A stretch of 63,812 nt of DNA, counting the filler, from Octopus bimaculoides (lineage: Eukaryota), in assembly GCF_001194135.2 (NCBI RefSeq). It is 8 parts of 7 records of this genome, joined end to end, with 100 filler letters (N's around TTAATTAATTAA, not from the genome) between each part and the next. Parts side by side here need not be neighbours in the genome. Positions count along the whole stretch, not along the records: positions 1 to 20,714 come from NC_068981.1; positions 20,815 to 32,535 come from NC_068983.1; 6 more parts are not named here. One strand, given 5' to 3'. This document shows, piece by piece, positions 13,401-27,891 of this stretch. The position numbers and the translations under genes were made by a program. The number at the start of each line of letters is the position of its first letter. Within the stretch, counting starts at the first letter, position 1. The notes beneath the pieces are model-generated. The model did not search any database. It worked only from the letters and a program-made list of their open reading frames with translations, and was not told the origin of the DNA.

Positions 13401-14890
13401 TAAAAATAATTTGAAAACACCTTGCAACGAGGGTGGCGTAGCGACATTTATCTCCTATTGCACTCTCCTGAAGCATAAACAACATACAAATATTCCATCT
13501 TTACTACCAATCAGATATCTTTAACGTAGAAGTGTCTAAACCATAGAGACTGACATTTATTTCATGTTCATAACATATTCATAAATTGTCTCAACGACAA
13601 ACAACTACTTCCGTATGTATCTACTGCAATGCAACGATGATATCATCACTCGCTCATCAGAAGTTGCTGCTACATCTTACAGACTGCCTCAAAAGCAAAG
13701 TGACGAGATATGAGGATGATATGACACTCTAGTAAATCCCTTAACTTGGTTTACACTTGTGTGGGTCATATATATGTATGTGTGTGTAAGTGTGTGTGTG
13801 TGTGTGCGTGCATGTCCTTGGGTGTGAGTGTGTGTCTGTGAATATTTGTGAGTGTGTTTGTACTCTTTCGTAGTTAAAATTTATCCCTTTTAATCTTATT
13901 ATTTTTCATTCTCACCTGTTTGATTCTGTGTCAGTTTTGTTCACTTACTCCTGCAGTAATCGTTACTTTTTCTATAGCTACCCGTATTGTTCACATCCAA
14001 AATTTGTACTATTCTCTGCACGCAGTTCTTTTCTGTAATTTTCTCCCGATCCTGCTTTACTCGTAACATTTAACTAGCAAATGATCAAAAGAAACAATAA
14101 CCGGCTGAATTCCACTATTCTCGGCGTGTCTGCGAGGTACATACATACATTTCCTGCATTACTACATGTAGCAATATATGTAATATGACTCTTAGATATA
14201 TGGGGCCGCAGTGTAACTAGAAGAGAGAGAGACACACATGAGTCAAATATGAATTCTTGAAGGTGTTCCTCTTTGCGATAGGTTTGGTCATTGAACACTG
14301 ATCCAGGGATTTACAACCACATGTTCTTACACATTTTCGGGGTTACTTTTATATAAATGATATAATCTTTAAATCTTGCATTAAGCTTTGGGATATTTGA
14401 ATTTTCCTCACGGTTCATGATAATCGTTAACCTAATTATTAAGACTAGTAGACACATTTTGTCTTCTGAAATGTAAATTATTTATTCACATAGAGATTTA
14501 TTGGAAACATTGCTTTTAAACATTTATATATAAATTACTAAGAGCATTGGCAATTTGAAACTTATGCATTGATACATTCAAACAGACATTTCGTGCCTGT
14601 CAAATAGATAACCAATAGAACATATTTCTAAAGAGCAATTATATATTCATCTCTGAGAAACATAATTGTCAGTGATAATTATCATATAAGCATAGCTATG
14701 TAGCATGATCGACTGAATATAACAACATACTTCGTCTATAAATCTAATTCTCACGTTATATTACAGCAACAGTGAGGTAATATGATGTGATTATAACAGA
14801 GAATGGAATGGAACATTCATTTATGAAATTTACATACATGAAGGATTGATATTCGGTGTTGTCTAGACAAACACATGCGTAAACATATAA

Positions 14891-14922
<32 letters not shown>

Positions 14923-16490
14923 NNNNNNNNNNNNNNNNNNNNNNNNNNNNNNNNNNNNNNNNNNNNNNNNNNNNNNNNNNNNNNNNNNNNNNNNNNNNNN
15001 NNNNNNNNNNNNNNNNNNNNNNNNNNNNNNNNNNNNNNNNNNNNNNNNNNNNNNNNNNNNNNNNNNNNNNNNNNNNNNNNNNNNNNNNNNNNNNNNNNNN
15101 NNNNNNNNNNNNNNNNNNNNNNNNNNNNNNNNNNNNNNNNNNNNNNNNNNNNNNNNNNNNNNNNNNNNNNNNNNNNNNNNNNNNNNNNNNNNNNNNNNNN
15201 NNNNNNNNNNNNNNNNNNNNNNNNNNNNNNNNNNNNNNNNNNNNNNNNNNNNNNNNNNNNNNNNNNNNNNNNNNNNNNNNNNNNNNNNNNNNNNNNNNNN
15301 NNNNNNNNNNNNNNNNNNNNNNNNNNNNNNNNNATATATATATATATATATATATACGTATATATGCATATGTAAACATGCATAACTATATACACATATG
15401 CATGTGTGTGTGTGTGTGTGATTTTCTTTGTGTAAACTTGCGATGCGACTTGCAGTTGATACACTTCAAATATGTAGCTATTCTATTTTGATATTTTTGA
15501 GAGGAAACCCAATGTTCTCAGCAGGACAATTACTGCGAACGATCTATCAATAGAGCGATAGCTATCGTCAATTTTCACTAGGTGCTTCAGGCTTGTCAGA
15601 AGATTACTTAAATCACTACAAAAAATCACTGCTGAAAAAAAAATAAATAAAGACACATGAAAATACACGCGTCGCAGTATTTGGTTGCATCATTAACTAA
15701 CGCACCTATTGGCTAAGTCCAAGAGTTCAATTACACGCGCGCATACACAAACATATATATATACAATAACGCAAAACCAATATAAATGTTGCGTACACAC
15801 ATAAGTACATACATACGTATACATACATACGTATACATACATATATGTGTGTATGTATATTTTAAAGAAAGTTTTTGGAGTGATTATACATAATACATAG
15901 TACATTAATTACCTGCAAATTAAACCCTTATGATAGACAAAATTTTGCAAATATTCATAATATATTAAACGAAATCGATTACTGTGCATATTAAGATAAA
16001 GTTTTTCAAACATACCCTTGAATGTCTTCAGATTTATCTATAAACAGCTAGATATTTGTAATGCTGCAATGTTGTAAAAATATATGTAGAGATTTTAGCA
16101 GACAATTTATGTAAAAGACATGCATAAGCATTATTTTTTAACATAAAATATTGAATCTAGTGTGTTTAATCACATTGTTTGTCGGCAGCTAATTTCAGAT
16201 AAAGCGAAGCGTTTAACATTTGTATTGCTCCTACCATGAACGCGAAAATCTCTTCCTATAATGTATAGTATAGTATAATATTGGAATAAAACAATACTTC
16301 AAAATACTATTGAAATTGCTAGTTTTCTTAATATATAACCCGGCTAATGACGACGTTTTAGTTATTGGTTGACCATCAATACTGATGCGTATTGTGCATA
16401 ATGCTTAAAGGCAGCTAACGTATTCATAGGGAGAAACGTCTGCATAGTTGTGTATTTCTCTCACTCCACCACATTCTCTTTATTTACGCA

Positions 16491-16532
<42 letters not shown>

Positions 16533-18740
16533 TATTAAACTCAGTCGTTCATTTACATGTATATGTAGTTTTGCGCTTTTGCATGTGAGTTAACCTATCA
16601 TATATCCATATTTGCATTTATCAGCAATACATATATACCTTATATTGATTACTGATTCAAATGCTATTTTTAAACATTAATATTAGTTACAATGTTTCGT
16701 TAATATCAAACTTAGAAAGTGGATAAAACGCTATAAAATTTCGGATAATATATTATTAATATTCAGAGAAGACGATCAGAATATTAATTCTCGAACCATG
16801 TTAGTTATTACTTTCACTCTGCTTATGACATGAATCAAATCTTTAAGATAATGTGTACAACAGTGAATTAATTTACATGCATTTCGTGTGCAGCTTTCCT
16901 GCAGCACACACATACCGTTTACGATTCACTATCAGCGCATTTAACTAGCGTAAACATGTTGATATACAATTAAGTAATGGCTTACATATCGCAAACAATG
17001 AATGACCCGCCAATTAATAACTAGCTGGACGATATCATTTGTAGCCCGTTCTTTAATTTCATGTATGTAGTTAACTTTTGGGGGTATTTATGTATAAACA
17101 TCCCCCCGCATCCTAAACTATCGCTATCACTTGATATGAAAGTGCGTCAATGTATCTAATGCCATAAAATTTTCGCTGCAATGCTATCAAGTTTTCATAA
17201 AGTTTTAGTACTGGGAATAATTACAATGGCGTAATTGTAATTCCAGTATAAACAAATACAAGTGAACAGGTTCATAGATGTTAAAGAAATTCTAAATTTA
17301 TTTCATGGCATCAAATACTATAAATTAATGAGGCCATATTTCACTCTTCTAGAGAATAAGCTTAGAGAAATTTCCAGCAAACGAAGTGCATTTTCTCACT
17401 CACCGCAAGAAAATAAGAAGCAAGTGACATTTCATTTGCATATATGAAAAGAAGAAAGATACTGTTACGGTTTTATTCACTGCAACATTATTTCCACATA
17501 ATACACAGCTAATGAGAATGAGTTTACTTATTTGTTGATTTCGTGAGCGCATTAGGCATTCCAGGTTACATGGAAGATGAGCTAGTGAAAAGTAAATGGA
17601 AAATGCAAATGAAATAAATTTCAACGAAAGTAGGGCACATACACACCTATATATATATANNNNNNNNNNATATATATAGTTTCTAAACGAGAGATAAATA
17701 TTTCTCCGTATAGAATATACTTCGTAATGCTTAAGCAGGTAGAGGAGTAAATATAAGATTAAGCAAGCTAGACAAGTCCATGTACAAAAAATATTACAAA
17801 CATTTAATTCAAAGAAATGTATATATGTTTAAATATAAAATAGTCCAAATTACACAGAAAAGAAATATCAGAAATTGAATTACGTACACACACACATAAA
17901 ATTTTAAGGATCCGATAGAATCGAGGAGTTTAAATAGGAAAGACACCAAAATAGAGTCAGGGATAACGCAACTGGGCACTGTGTTTATGTGTGTGTGTGT
18001 TTGTGTGAGTGTGTGCTTGTGTGTGTGTGTATATATATATATATGTATACAGTATTCACTGAGATGAGGTAAGTCTTATCAACAATGTGCATGATCACAT
18101 CTATTCCAGATGTACTACACCGGCTTTTCACAGGATATTTGATCTAGGATATTGAATATGTTCACTTTAAATAAGACAATAATATCTAATGAAATTATGA
18201 ATCCGTTATCATTTATATATTGAAATTAGCAGTAGCATTTCTCGTATCAGTACAACGTTCTATGTTCTGTCTATTTGACTTGACAAAATATTTTACCAGA
18301 TCAAATAGCAATGCAATAAACGAAAAAGAAAAAAAAAAAAAATTCTGGTCAGATAAGAACATATCACACTGTTACCAGATGATGTACATCCTGATTGGCC
18401 AGATACTATGGAATCTATTCCCTTCAATGAATACGTCACGTACTTCAGCATGATTAGTGTATTTGTATGATATAGTAGAATTTTTCTTTTCGATAAACTT
18501 TTACCTACTAGCATACATAGTCACACACACAAAGACACACATGCCGAGGTATATGTAGGATAACAACTGTTTTAATGCTAATACATATTGAGCTGTAAGC
18601 GTATGGGCGTACATATTTGTCCGAGTACGCTTGTGAATATGTGCTTATATATATATATATAAATGTGTGTATGTAATATAATATATGTATATATATGTGT
18701 GTATGTGTGAGTGCGTATGTGTGTGTGTGTGGGTGGGTGG

Positions 18741-18808
<68 letters not shown>

Positions 18809-19247
18809 GTACGAATATAATATTTTTGTTATATATGTGTGTGTGTGTATACATACACAAATTCACAGACACACTGCTACGCACGTGTATGTACCGTAAC
18901 TGCTCATGTATGATTATAGATACAAACTCACATAGACATATATGCACATACACATGCGGTTGAATATTTGTATGTGTATTTACGTATATATCTATAAGAC
19001 CGCGGTTGTGTAAATAGATAAACATGAGTGTATGACAAATATTTGCAGTTATTTCTATCTTTTTTCAATTATATTGTCACTAAGATACTTTCAATATTGC
19101 TTTTAAATACCTAATTTTGCTTTGAGAGAATGCCCATGTATAATATTCAAATTTAGTTTTACATTTTGCACTGTATTCATGTGCGTAGGAAAAGGCGGAT
19201 AGAGCGAGAATTGAAGAAGTGTACGGACAAAATAGCATAGACGCACC

Positions 19248-19325
<78 letters not shown>

Positions 19326-19802
19326 AAGACACACACAAGCACACACGCACTCGCAGGCACACATGCACGTAGAGGTATGCACACAGGTGTGTGTGTGTGT
19401 GTGTGTGTCTGTAATTGTATTTATATTTATACTCGGACACACAAGTATGTATATATTTTATACAAATATATATATATATGTGCACGCACATACATACACA
19501 CATGTGCCTACTATATTGCTTCATATTGAGATATACATATAAATATACGTAAGTCATATTCAAAGGCATACTACGTATGAATATATACATGTATCCGTGT
19601 ACGTGTATTTGTATATGCGAGGTTGGGTGAGCGTGTGTGTTTCTTAGTATCTGTACCATCCTGGTTTTTATGTAGGTTTGTATGTATGTATGTATGTAAG
19701 TGTGTATGCATGCATGTATCTATGTATATAGATATATATGTAGATATGTGTATACATACATGTGTGTGTAAATATATATATATATATATATANNNNNNNN
19801 NN

Positions 19803-19849
<47 letters not shown>

Positions 19850-20683
19850 CAGTATATTCACACATACATCTAAGTACATACATATATGCATACATACATA
19901 AATAAATACATACGCATATAATATAAACATATAAATAGGTATATTCATGCGATATATGCCTTTGCTTGTCTGTGTCTGTGTGTGTATCTATACGTCTGTC
20001 CATGCGTGTGCGTTTCAGCGACACGTTCGCACACGCAAACATGTATATTGATGATATATATTTTTCGTTTTTGACTAATTTCCGTTTATTCTTGACATAT
20101 TCCATATCCGAGGAAATCATTTTTATTTATTCTTCATATATATATTTTTTAAGTTGTTTCAATTCAATTTTCCGTGAGATAAAGAGCTTAGCGGACTTTA
20201 ATTAAAATGTCAAACTTTTGATTCTCTACTCTTAATTGTATCTTTTGCTGTTCACCCCATTTTTATCCGCCAACTTTACGATGTCGCTTTTATCATTCAT
20301 TATATCTTTGTAATAAAATTGTGGTATTGTTTTGTTGTTATTGTTTATTTGTAATTTTGCTACGTCACTTTATTTCATTTTTGAAAATTTTATTCATATA
20401 TTGTTACTTTTTAATATATTTCATTCAACCAATCATTCTAAGAAAGGCTACTTATTTTTATATTAGTATTCTATTATTGCAATATTGTATTTATTTATTT
20501 ATTTACTTAAAGTTAAACGCACAAATATTGAGAACGCATGGCTGACAGCTAACTACTCACTCGCAAGCAGTATCTCACAAGCAAATACACAAATATACAT
20601 ATGCCTGTAAAATATTTCAACGCATACATATGCAGTATATGTATGCATGTATGCAAGTAGGAATGTATGTACCTACGTATAAG

Positions 20684-20714
<31 letters not shown>

Positions 20715-20814
20715 NNNNNNNNNNNNNNNNNNNNNNNNNNNNNNNNNNNNNNNNNNNNTTAATTAATTAANNNNNNNNNNNNNNNNNNNNNNNNNNNNNN
20801 NNNNNNNNNNNNNN
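20715..20814. other. Artificial scaffold linker N44-TTAATTAATTAA-N44 (also at 32580, 38624, 41766, 46504, 55859, 60655)
   Basis: Identical palindromic 12-mer with stops in all six frames, centred in about 100-bp N blocks, seven times. Confidence 0.95.
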
Positions 20815-20858
20815 TTTACATTTATATATGCATATGTATATATATATTTACATCTACT

Positions 20859-20900
<42 letters not shown>

Positions 20901-21354
20901 TATATGTATATGTTTTTTTTCATAAACAAACTTTTTGTCTTAGTCTCTGCATATGAGGATTATGCCACTGATAAATATCTGAAAGGTCTTAAAAGTGGTC
21001 AGACAGAAGCTTTACTTTCTGTCCTCAGAGAGTTCAACTTCTGGTGTAACAACTTTACTTACTCTTCACAGTTTAAATACCAAAGTTTGCTACTTCACAT
21101 TGTCAATGATCTGGTAACACTTTGTAATGTACTACTGAATAACTAATCTTGCGATTGTTCGTGCTGAACAAGCAATGGCCTCCAATCATACACAAACACA
21201 TGAACATTTATGTCTATATGCCAATGAATATATGTATCAATGTATGTATGTATATTTATCTATAAGTGTGTCTGTGTATACATATGTATTAATATGTGGG
21301 TGTGTGAATGTAAATATATACATAGATACATACACACACAAACATACATACATA

Positions 21355-21543
21355 CATCTTTTATCTTTACTTGGTTCAGCCATTTGACTGCGGCCTTGCT
21401 GGGGCATCGCTTAGAAGGGTTTTAGTTGAGCAATTTGGACCTAGGACTTATTTTATTCAAAAGTTAGTACTTATTCCATCGGTCAGTTTTGCTGAAGTGT
21501 TAAGTTACGGGAACGTAAACATACCAACACCGGTTGTCAAGCA
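21355..21543 (-). mobile_element. SINE family B, 3' half of a host copy (interrupted)
   Basis: Reverse complement matches tail consensus ttgacaaccg..gtttacgt..cgtaactta..aataagtact..gcatggccgcagtcaaatg seen at 21835-22010. Confidence 0.8.
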
Positions 21544-21638
21544 CAGGCATAAAAACTTACACAGATGTATACATGTATACACACACACACACGCCCGTGC
21601 GCGCATATACACACATATATATACATACACACATACAT

Positions 21639-22010
21639 TAGGCGCAGGCATGGCTGTGTGGTAAGAAGTTTGCTTCCCAAACACATGGTTCCGGGTTCAA
21701 TCCCACTACGTGGCATCTTAGACAAGTGATTTCTACTATAGCCTCGGGCCGACCAAAGCCGTGTGAGTAGATTTGATGGACGGAAACTGTATGTGTATGT
21801 TTATGTGCGTGTATCTCTGTGTTTCTCACCCTACCATCGCTTGACAACCGATGTTCGTGTGTTTACGTCCCCGAAACTTAGCTGTTTGGCAAAAGAGACC
21901 GATAGAATAAGTACTAGACTTATAATGAATAAGTCTCGGGGTTGATTTCTTCAACTCAAGGCGGTGCTCCAGCATGGCCGCAGTTAAATGACTGAAAGAA
22001 GTAAAAGGGT
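21639..22010 (+). mobile_element. SINE family B, full-length tRNA-derived composite SINE
   Basis: Pol III A box TGGCTGTGTGG and B box GGTTCAATCCC; central gcctcgggccgaccaaagcc..ggaaactg domain; TG spacer; tail to gactgaaagaagtaaaag. Confidence 0.9.
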
Positions 22011-22029
22011 ATTTATGCGTATGTGTACA

Positions 22030-22185
22030 TATACGACGGACTTCTTTCAGTTTCCGTCAAACCAAATCCACCCACCCGAGGCTATAGTAGAAGACACTTG
22101 CCCAAAATGCTACGCAGTGAGACTGAACCCGGAACCATATGTTTGGGAAGCAAGCTTTTTACCACACAGCCACACCGCAGTCTCT
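22030..22185 (-). mobile_element. SINE family B, 5' half (tRNA head) of the interrupted host copy
   Basis: Reverse complement matches 21645-21790. Confidence 0.85.
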
Positions 22186-23423
22186 ACACTTATGTAAAAC
22201 ATACATGCATATACATTATGTACATTATTTACATTTGACGGATATTAAATATAGAGCTGTATACATCCATATGTTGCATCACATATATTGACACACACGT
22301 ACATATACATGCGTGTTCATAAAATATATAGTTTCTATTTGTAGAAATTGAGGAAGAAGCAATTAAGTTATTTAACAGTGAATGCACTCTCATCGTTTTT
22401 GTAAGAGTCTAAAAAATTGTTTATTTCAAAATTATCCCTTAACATTTCAAATAATTCCAAAACACTATGAGCACTATTTATTCTACTTAATCTACATTAT
22501 CAAACATAGTTTTGCTAATCAAACTGACTAGTTTAACTGAAGTTGTTCGTTTCTCCGTAAACATAAAATAGACGTTATTTTCTGATAATGCTCTTTCAAG
22601 AATAAAGTCTGCTGAGGTCAGTACTACTTTATCTTTTCATAAGGAGATACCTTGTAGTGTATATTTTATCTATGTTTCACATAAGAACTAAATTTGTATC
22701 TTCATTAAAAAAAGAATTACCGTTTATATCTAAAACCAAAATATCGTCAAACAGAAACGACTGTCAAAATGTTATTGGTCGTCAAATTTCTGTTGTATGA
22801 TTTCCTGTTAAATCCTTTTGCGCTTTATCTAAAATTCATAATGGTCGTTTTTTTGTCTTGGCCTTCTCACACCTAATCCAAAGACTCGGATTTGCATTGA
22901 ATGTTGAGAAGATTTTCATTACCATATGTGAATTTGCTTTTTAGAGGAAGCATGGATCTGAAAGTATATCATGTCTATGTTGAGTGTTAACCCGAATCAG
23001 TGAAGAAAATCCATTTAAGAGAAGGCACTGTGACCACATACTGATTTACANNNNNNNNNNTAGTACGTTATACACTTGTGTTCAATTCATTCATTAAACT
23101 CGGGGTTTTCGTTCTCTTCAGAACAAACATACAAATTATGTAAGAGACAAAGAGAGAGCATGTTCTTGAGTCTGTGTATACAACACACTTACATTTAAAC
23201 ACAAATACTCGCACACACACGCACACACACACACACACACACAGGTACACACACACACGCACAGACATACACAGGTACACACACACACGCAAGCACATAC
23301 ACACACCGGTAAACACATGCATGCACTCATACATGCACTCACTCACACACATACACGCGCACACACGCACTCACATGCGCATGCACTCACACACATGTAC
23401 TTGTATGCGTGTGCTGGTGTGTG

Positions 23424-23472
<49 letters not shown>

Positions 23473-25055
23473 ATACACACACACGCACACACACACACAC
23501 ACATACATATGTTTACATTATATGCATGTATATACCAATCAGCAGATATCGAACACAGATCTGATATCTAAGTGTGTGTATANNNNNNNNNNNNNNNNNN
23601 NNNNNNNNNNNNNNNNNNNNNNNNNNNNNNNNNNNNNNNNNNNNNNNNNNNNNNNNNNNNNNNNNNNNNNNNNNNNNNNNNNNNNNNNNNNNNNNNNNNN
23701 NNNNNNNNNNNNNNNNNNNNNNNNNNNNNNNNNNNNNNNNNNNNNNNNNNNNNNNNNNNNNNNNNNNNNNNNNNNNNNNNNNNNNNNNNNNNNNNNNNNN
23801 NNNNNNNNNNNNNNNNNNNNNNNNNNNNNNNNNNNNNNNNNNNNNNNNNNNNNNNNNNNNNNNNNNNNNNNNNNNNNNNNNNNNNNNNNNNNNNNNNNNN
23901 NNNNNNNNNNNNNNNNNNNNNNNNNNNNNNNNNNNNNNNNNNNNNNNNNNNNNNNNNNNNNNNNNNNNNNNNNNNNNNNNNNNNNNNNNNNNNNNNNNNN
24001 NNNNNNNNNNNNNNNNNNNNNNNNNNNNNNNNNNNNNNNNNNNNNNNNNNNNNNNNNNNNNNNNNNNNNNNNNNNNNNNNNNNNNNNNNNNNNNNNNNNN
24101 NNNNNNNNNNNNNNNNNNNNNNNNNNNNNNNNNNNNNNNNNNNNNNNNNNNNNNNNNNNNNNNNNNNNNNNNNNNNNNNNNNNNNNNNNNNNNNNNNNNN
24201 NNNNNNNNNNNNNNNNNNNNNNNNNNNNNNNNNNNNNNNNNNNNNNNNNNNNNNNNNNNNNNNNNNNNNNNNNNNNNNNNNNNNNNNNNNNNNNNNNNNN
24301 NNNNNNNNNNNNNNNNNNNNNNNNNNNNNNNNNNNNNNNNNNNNNNNNNNNNNNNNNNNNNNNNNNNNNNNNNNNNNNNNNNNNNNNNNNNNNNNNNNNN
24401 NNNNNNNNNNNNNNNNNNNNNNNNNNNNNNNNNNNNNNNNNNNNNNNNNNNNNNNNNNNNNNNNNNNNNNNNNNNNNNNNNNNNNNNNNNNNNNNNNNNN
24501 NNNNNNNNNNNNNNNNNNNNNNNNNNNNNNAAAAGTCCCTATCAAAAAGATTTATATATTTGATAAACCACCCCAAAATACAAGCACCCTCCTTGCTAAT
24601 TGCTGGTTTGTTATTACTCTAATTTTTTATTTATTTATTTGTTTATTTCAGTCATTGAACTACCACCGTGGTGAGTCTCCCCCTGGAGGATTTCAGTTAA
24701 ACGAATCGACCCTCAGCAACTTAGTTTCTGAAGTCTGACATTTATTCTGTATCCCTTCTGCTGTCCTGCTAGGTAACTGAGACGTAAACAAACCACTGCC
24801 TGTGGATAAACAAACGTAAAGACCTTCACACACACATACACACGCGCGCGCACACACACACACATACACACACACACACACACACGCTTATATCACAGGC
24901 TTCACACAGTTTTTATCTATCAAATTTCTTCACCGCACATCCATTCATACAGACATGCATGCTAGTTTACATCTATGTGCACCTTTAAACATACACTCAC
25001 ACACACACACATANNNNNNNNNNAGTTTACATCTATGTGTACCTTTAAACATACA

Positions 25056-25090
<35 letters not shown>

Positions 25091-25247
25091 GTTTTTATCT
25101 AAACAATTATATACTATAATATTTTTTTATATTATACTACAATATTAATAATGTTACGTTTTGTATTTCAGTCTATTATTCTCTTAAATCCCTGTCAACT
25201 GCATCGACAAAATGTTCTTAGCATATACTCACACACACATACTTTTA

Positions 25248-25326
<79 letters not shown>

Positions 25327-25354
25327 ATGTATGTATATATGTATGTATGTGTGT

Positions 25355-25451
25355 GTCTGTTTTTTATCCCCACACCAACGCTTGACAACCGATGTTGGTA
25401 TGTTTACATCCCCATAACCTAGCGATTCGGACAAAGACACCGATTGAATAA
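25355..25451 (+). mobile_element. SINE family B tail fragment (runs into gap)
   Basis: cgcttgacaaccgatgttggtatgtttacatccccataacctagcgattcgg matches the family B tail. Confidence 0.8.
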
Positions 25452-26408
25452 NNNNNNNNNNNNNNNNNNNNNNNNNNNNNNNNNNNNNNNNNNNNNNNNN
25501 NNNNNNNNNNNNNNNNNNNNNNNNNNNNNNNNNNNNNNNNNNNNNNNNNNNNNNNNNNNNNNNNNNNNNNNNNNNNNNNNNNNNNNNNNNNNNNNNNNNN
25601 NNNNNNNNNNNNNNNNNNNNNNNNNNNNNNNNNNNNNNNNNNNNNNNNNNNNNNNNNNNNNNNNNNNNNNNNNNNNNNNNNNNNNNNNNNNNNNNNNNNN
25701 NNNNNNNNNNNNNNNNNNNNNNNNNNNNNNNNNNNNNNNNNNNNNNNNNNNNNNNNNNNNNNNNNNNNNNNNNNNNNNNNNNNNNNNNNNNNNNNNNNNN
25801 NNNNNNNNNNNNNNNNNNNNNNNNNNNNNNNNNNNNNNNNNNNNNNNNNNNNNNNNNNNNNNNNNNNNNNNNNNNNNNNNNNNNNNNNNNNNNNNNNNNN
25901 NNNNNNNNNNNNNNNNNNNNNNNNNNNNNNNNNNNNNNNNNNNNNNNNNNNNNNNNNNNNNNNNNNNNNNNNNNNNNNNNNNNNNNNNNNNNNNNNNNNN
26001 NNNNNNNNNNNNNNNNNNNNNNNNNNNNNNNNNNNNNNNNNNNNNNNNNNNNNNNNNNNNNNNNNNNNNNNNNNNNNNNNNNNNNNNNNNNNNNNNNNNN
26101 NNNNNNNNNNNNNNNNNNNNNNNNNNNNNNNNNNNNNNNNNNNNNNNNNNNNNNNNNNNNNNNNNNNNNNNNNNNNNNNNNNNNNNNNNNNNNNNNNNNN
26201 NNNNNNNNNNNNNNNNNNNNNNNNNNNNNNNNNNNNNNNNACACACACACACACACACACACATCTGTGCATTTGTGTGTGTGCGTGCTGTGGCTTGTTT
26301 GTGTATGCACTCACAAAAGTACATTTTCATTTCGAGTCCCTATTTCCATAGAGGGATACATATATGCTCACGGCACACACACACACCACACACTGATACA
26401 CCCACACT

Positions 26409-26450
<42 letters not shown>

Positions 26451-27137
26451 TACACACACAGAGGCAAACAAACACACACACACACACACACCGTATTTGT
26501 GCAGTGTACACAGACGTTAAAATCTTTCTACTGACAGTTCCACTTTCGTATCGTATACGAAAGTAATTCTATATAAACGTAATTGGTGTAAAGACAGATA
26601 GTAAAATTGTATTAAACGCTCATATCAAAACATTATCATCACACACGCCTCTATAGAAATAGAGAAAATATATACACACAGCACAAGCATACATGATCAC
26701 TTCGAAAATAGAACATCACTTTTGATTTTAAGCAACTGACGTGAGTGAATGTGTAAAAAAAAAAAAAAAGCGATAATCTATAGCTTAGGATATTTGGGTG
26801 GCAAAGCTTGGGTTCATTGAAAGTATATGTGTGCGTGTGTGTTTGTGTGTGTTTGTGTGTGTGTGTGTTAGTGTACGTCTATATTATACATATATATANN
26901 NNNNNNNNNNNNNNNNNNNNNNNNNNNNNNNNNNNNNNNNNNNNNNNNNNNNNNNNNNNNNNNNNNNNNNNNNNNNNNNNNNNNNNNNNNNNNNNNNNNN
27001 NNNNNNNNNNNNNNNNNNNNNNNNNNNNNNNNNNNNNNNNNNNNNNNNNNNNNNNNNNNNNNNNNNNNNNNNNNNNNNNNNNNNNNNNNNNNNNNNNNNT
27101 ATATATATATATATATATAGTGTGTATGTATATATAG

Positions 27138-27470
27138 AATCTTTTATCAGTTTGTATCAGTTTAGTCGAACAAGTCAGCCACAGCAATTTTTACGCCTGA
27201 TACTTAATATAATGCATGCCTATTTGCCGAACCGCTAGGCTGAAGAAAAAGCCTCCCGTTGTCAAACGGTGATGAAGTACAAACATAACACACACACACA
27301 CATACACACACACACACATACACACACACACATACAAACACACACACACCACATACACACACGCACATGCATACACACACGACGGGCTACTTTCAGTTTC
27401 TGTATGCCAAATAAACTCACAAGGATTTGTTTGGCCCGGGGCTTTTGTAGAAAATACTTGGGTCAAAAGT
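27138..27470 (-). mobile_element. SINE family B, degenerate copy
   Basis: gccgaaccgcta..gttgtcaaacggtgatg, CA spacer, acgacgggctactttcagtttc..ctcacaagg..ttggcccggggct. Confidence 0.7.
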
Positions 27471-27827
27471 GCAAGAGTGGGGAAGTGATCCCATAAATAT
27501 GTAGTTGGAAAGAGAACTTCACAGCACATAGTCATGCCCGCAACTACACACCTACACACGAGAGGGTGCACAAACGAAAGTACAACTCAACAAGTTTGCG
27601 TAGATTTACATGTATTCAATAACAGTTTGGATCAGCTCCACCTAATTTAAAGTTTCGTGAATGTAGAGGACATGTCCGTCTCATAAGATGTTTATATCCG
27701 AAAATATAACGAGGTACACACACAGAAGTTTAAGTAATTTAAAGCTGGTTAAGATGCAATTAAAGAATATACATAAATACACACACACACACATATAAAT
27801 ATAGATAGATAGAAAGATAGATAGATT

Positions 27828-27891
<64 letters not shown>

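Noticed and set aside
21645-21715. tRNA genes at SINE heads (also 54904, 63403)
   Set aside because: A and B boxes are present but there is no full cloverleaf, and each continues into SINE body.
24964-25075. Tandem 50-bp duplication across a 10-N gap
   Set aside because: Typical unmerged contig or haplotype overlap (one SNP); artefact.
23174-26520. Long ORFs in the track (also 31063-32335, 56707-57814 and others)
   Set aside because: They are open only because of N runs and dinucleotide repeats.
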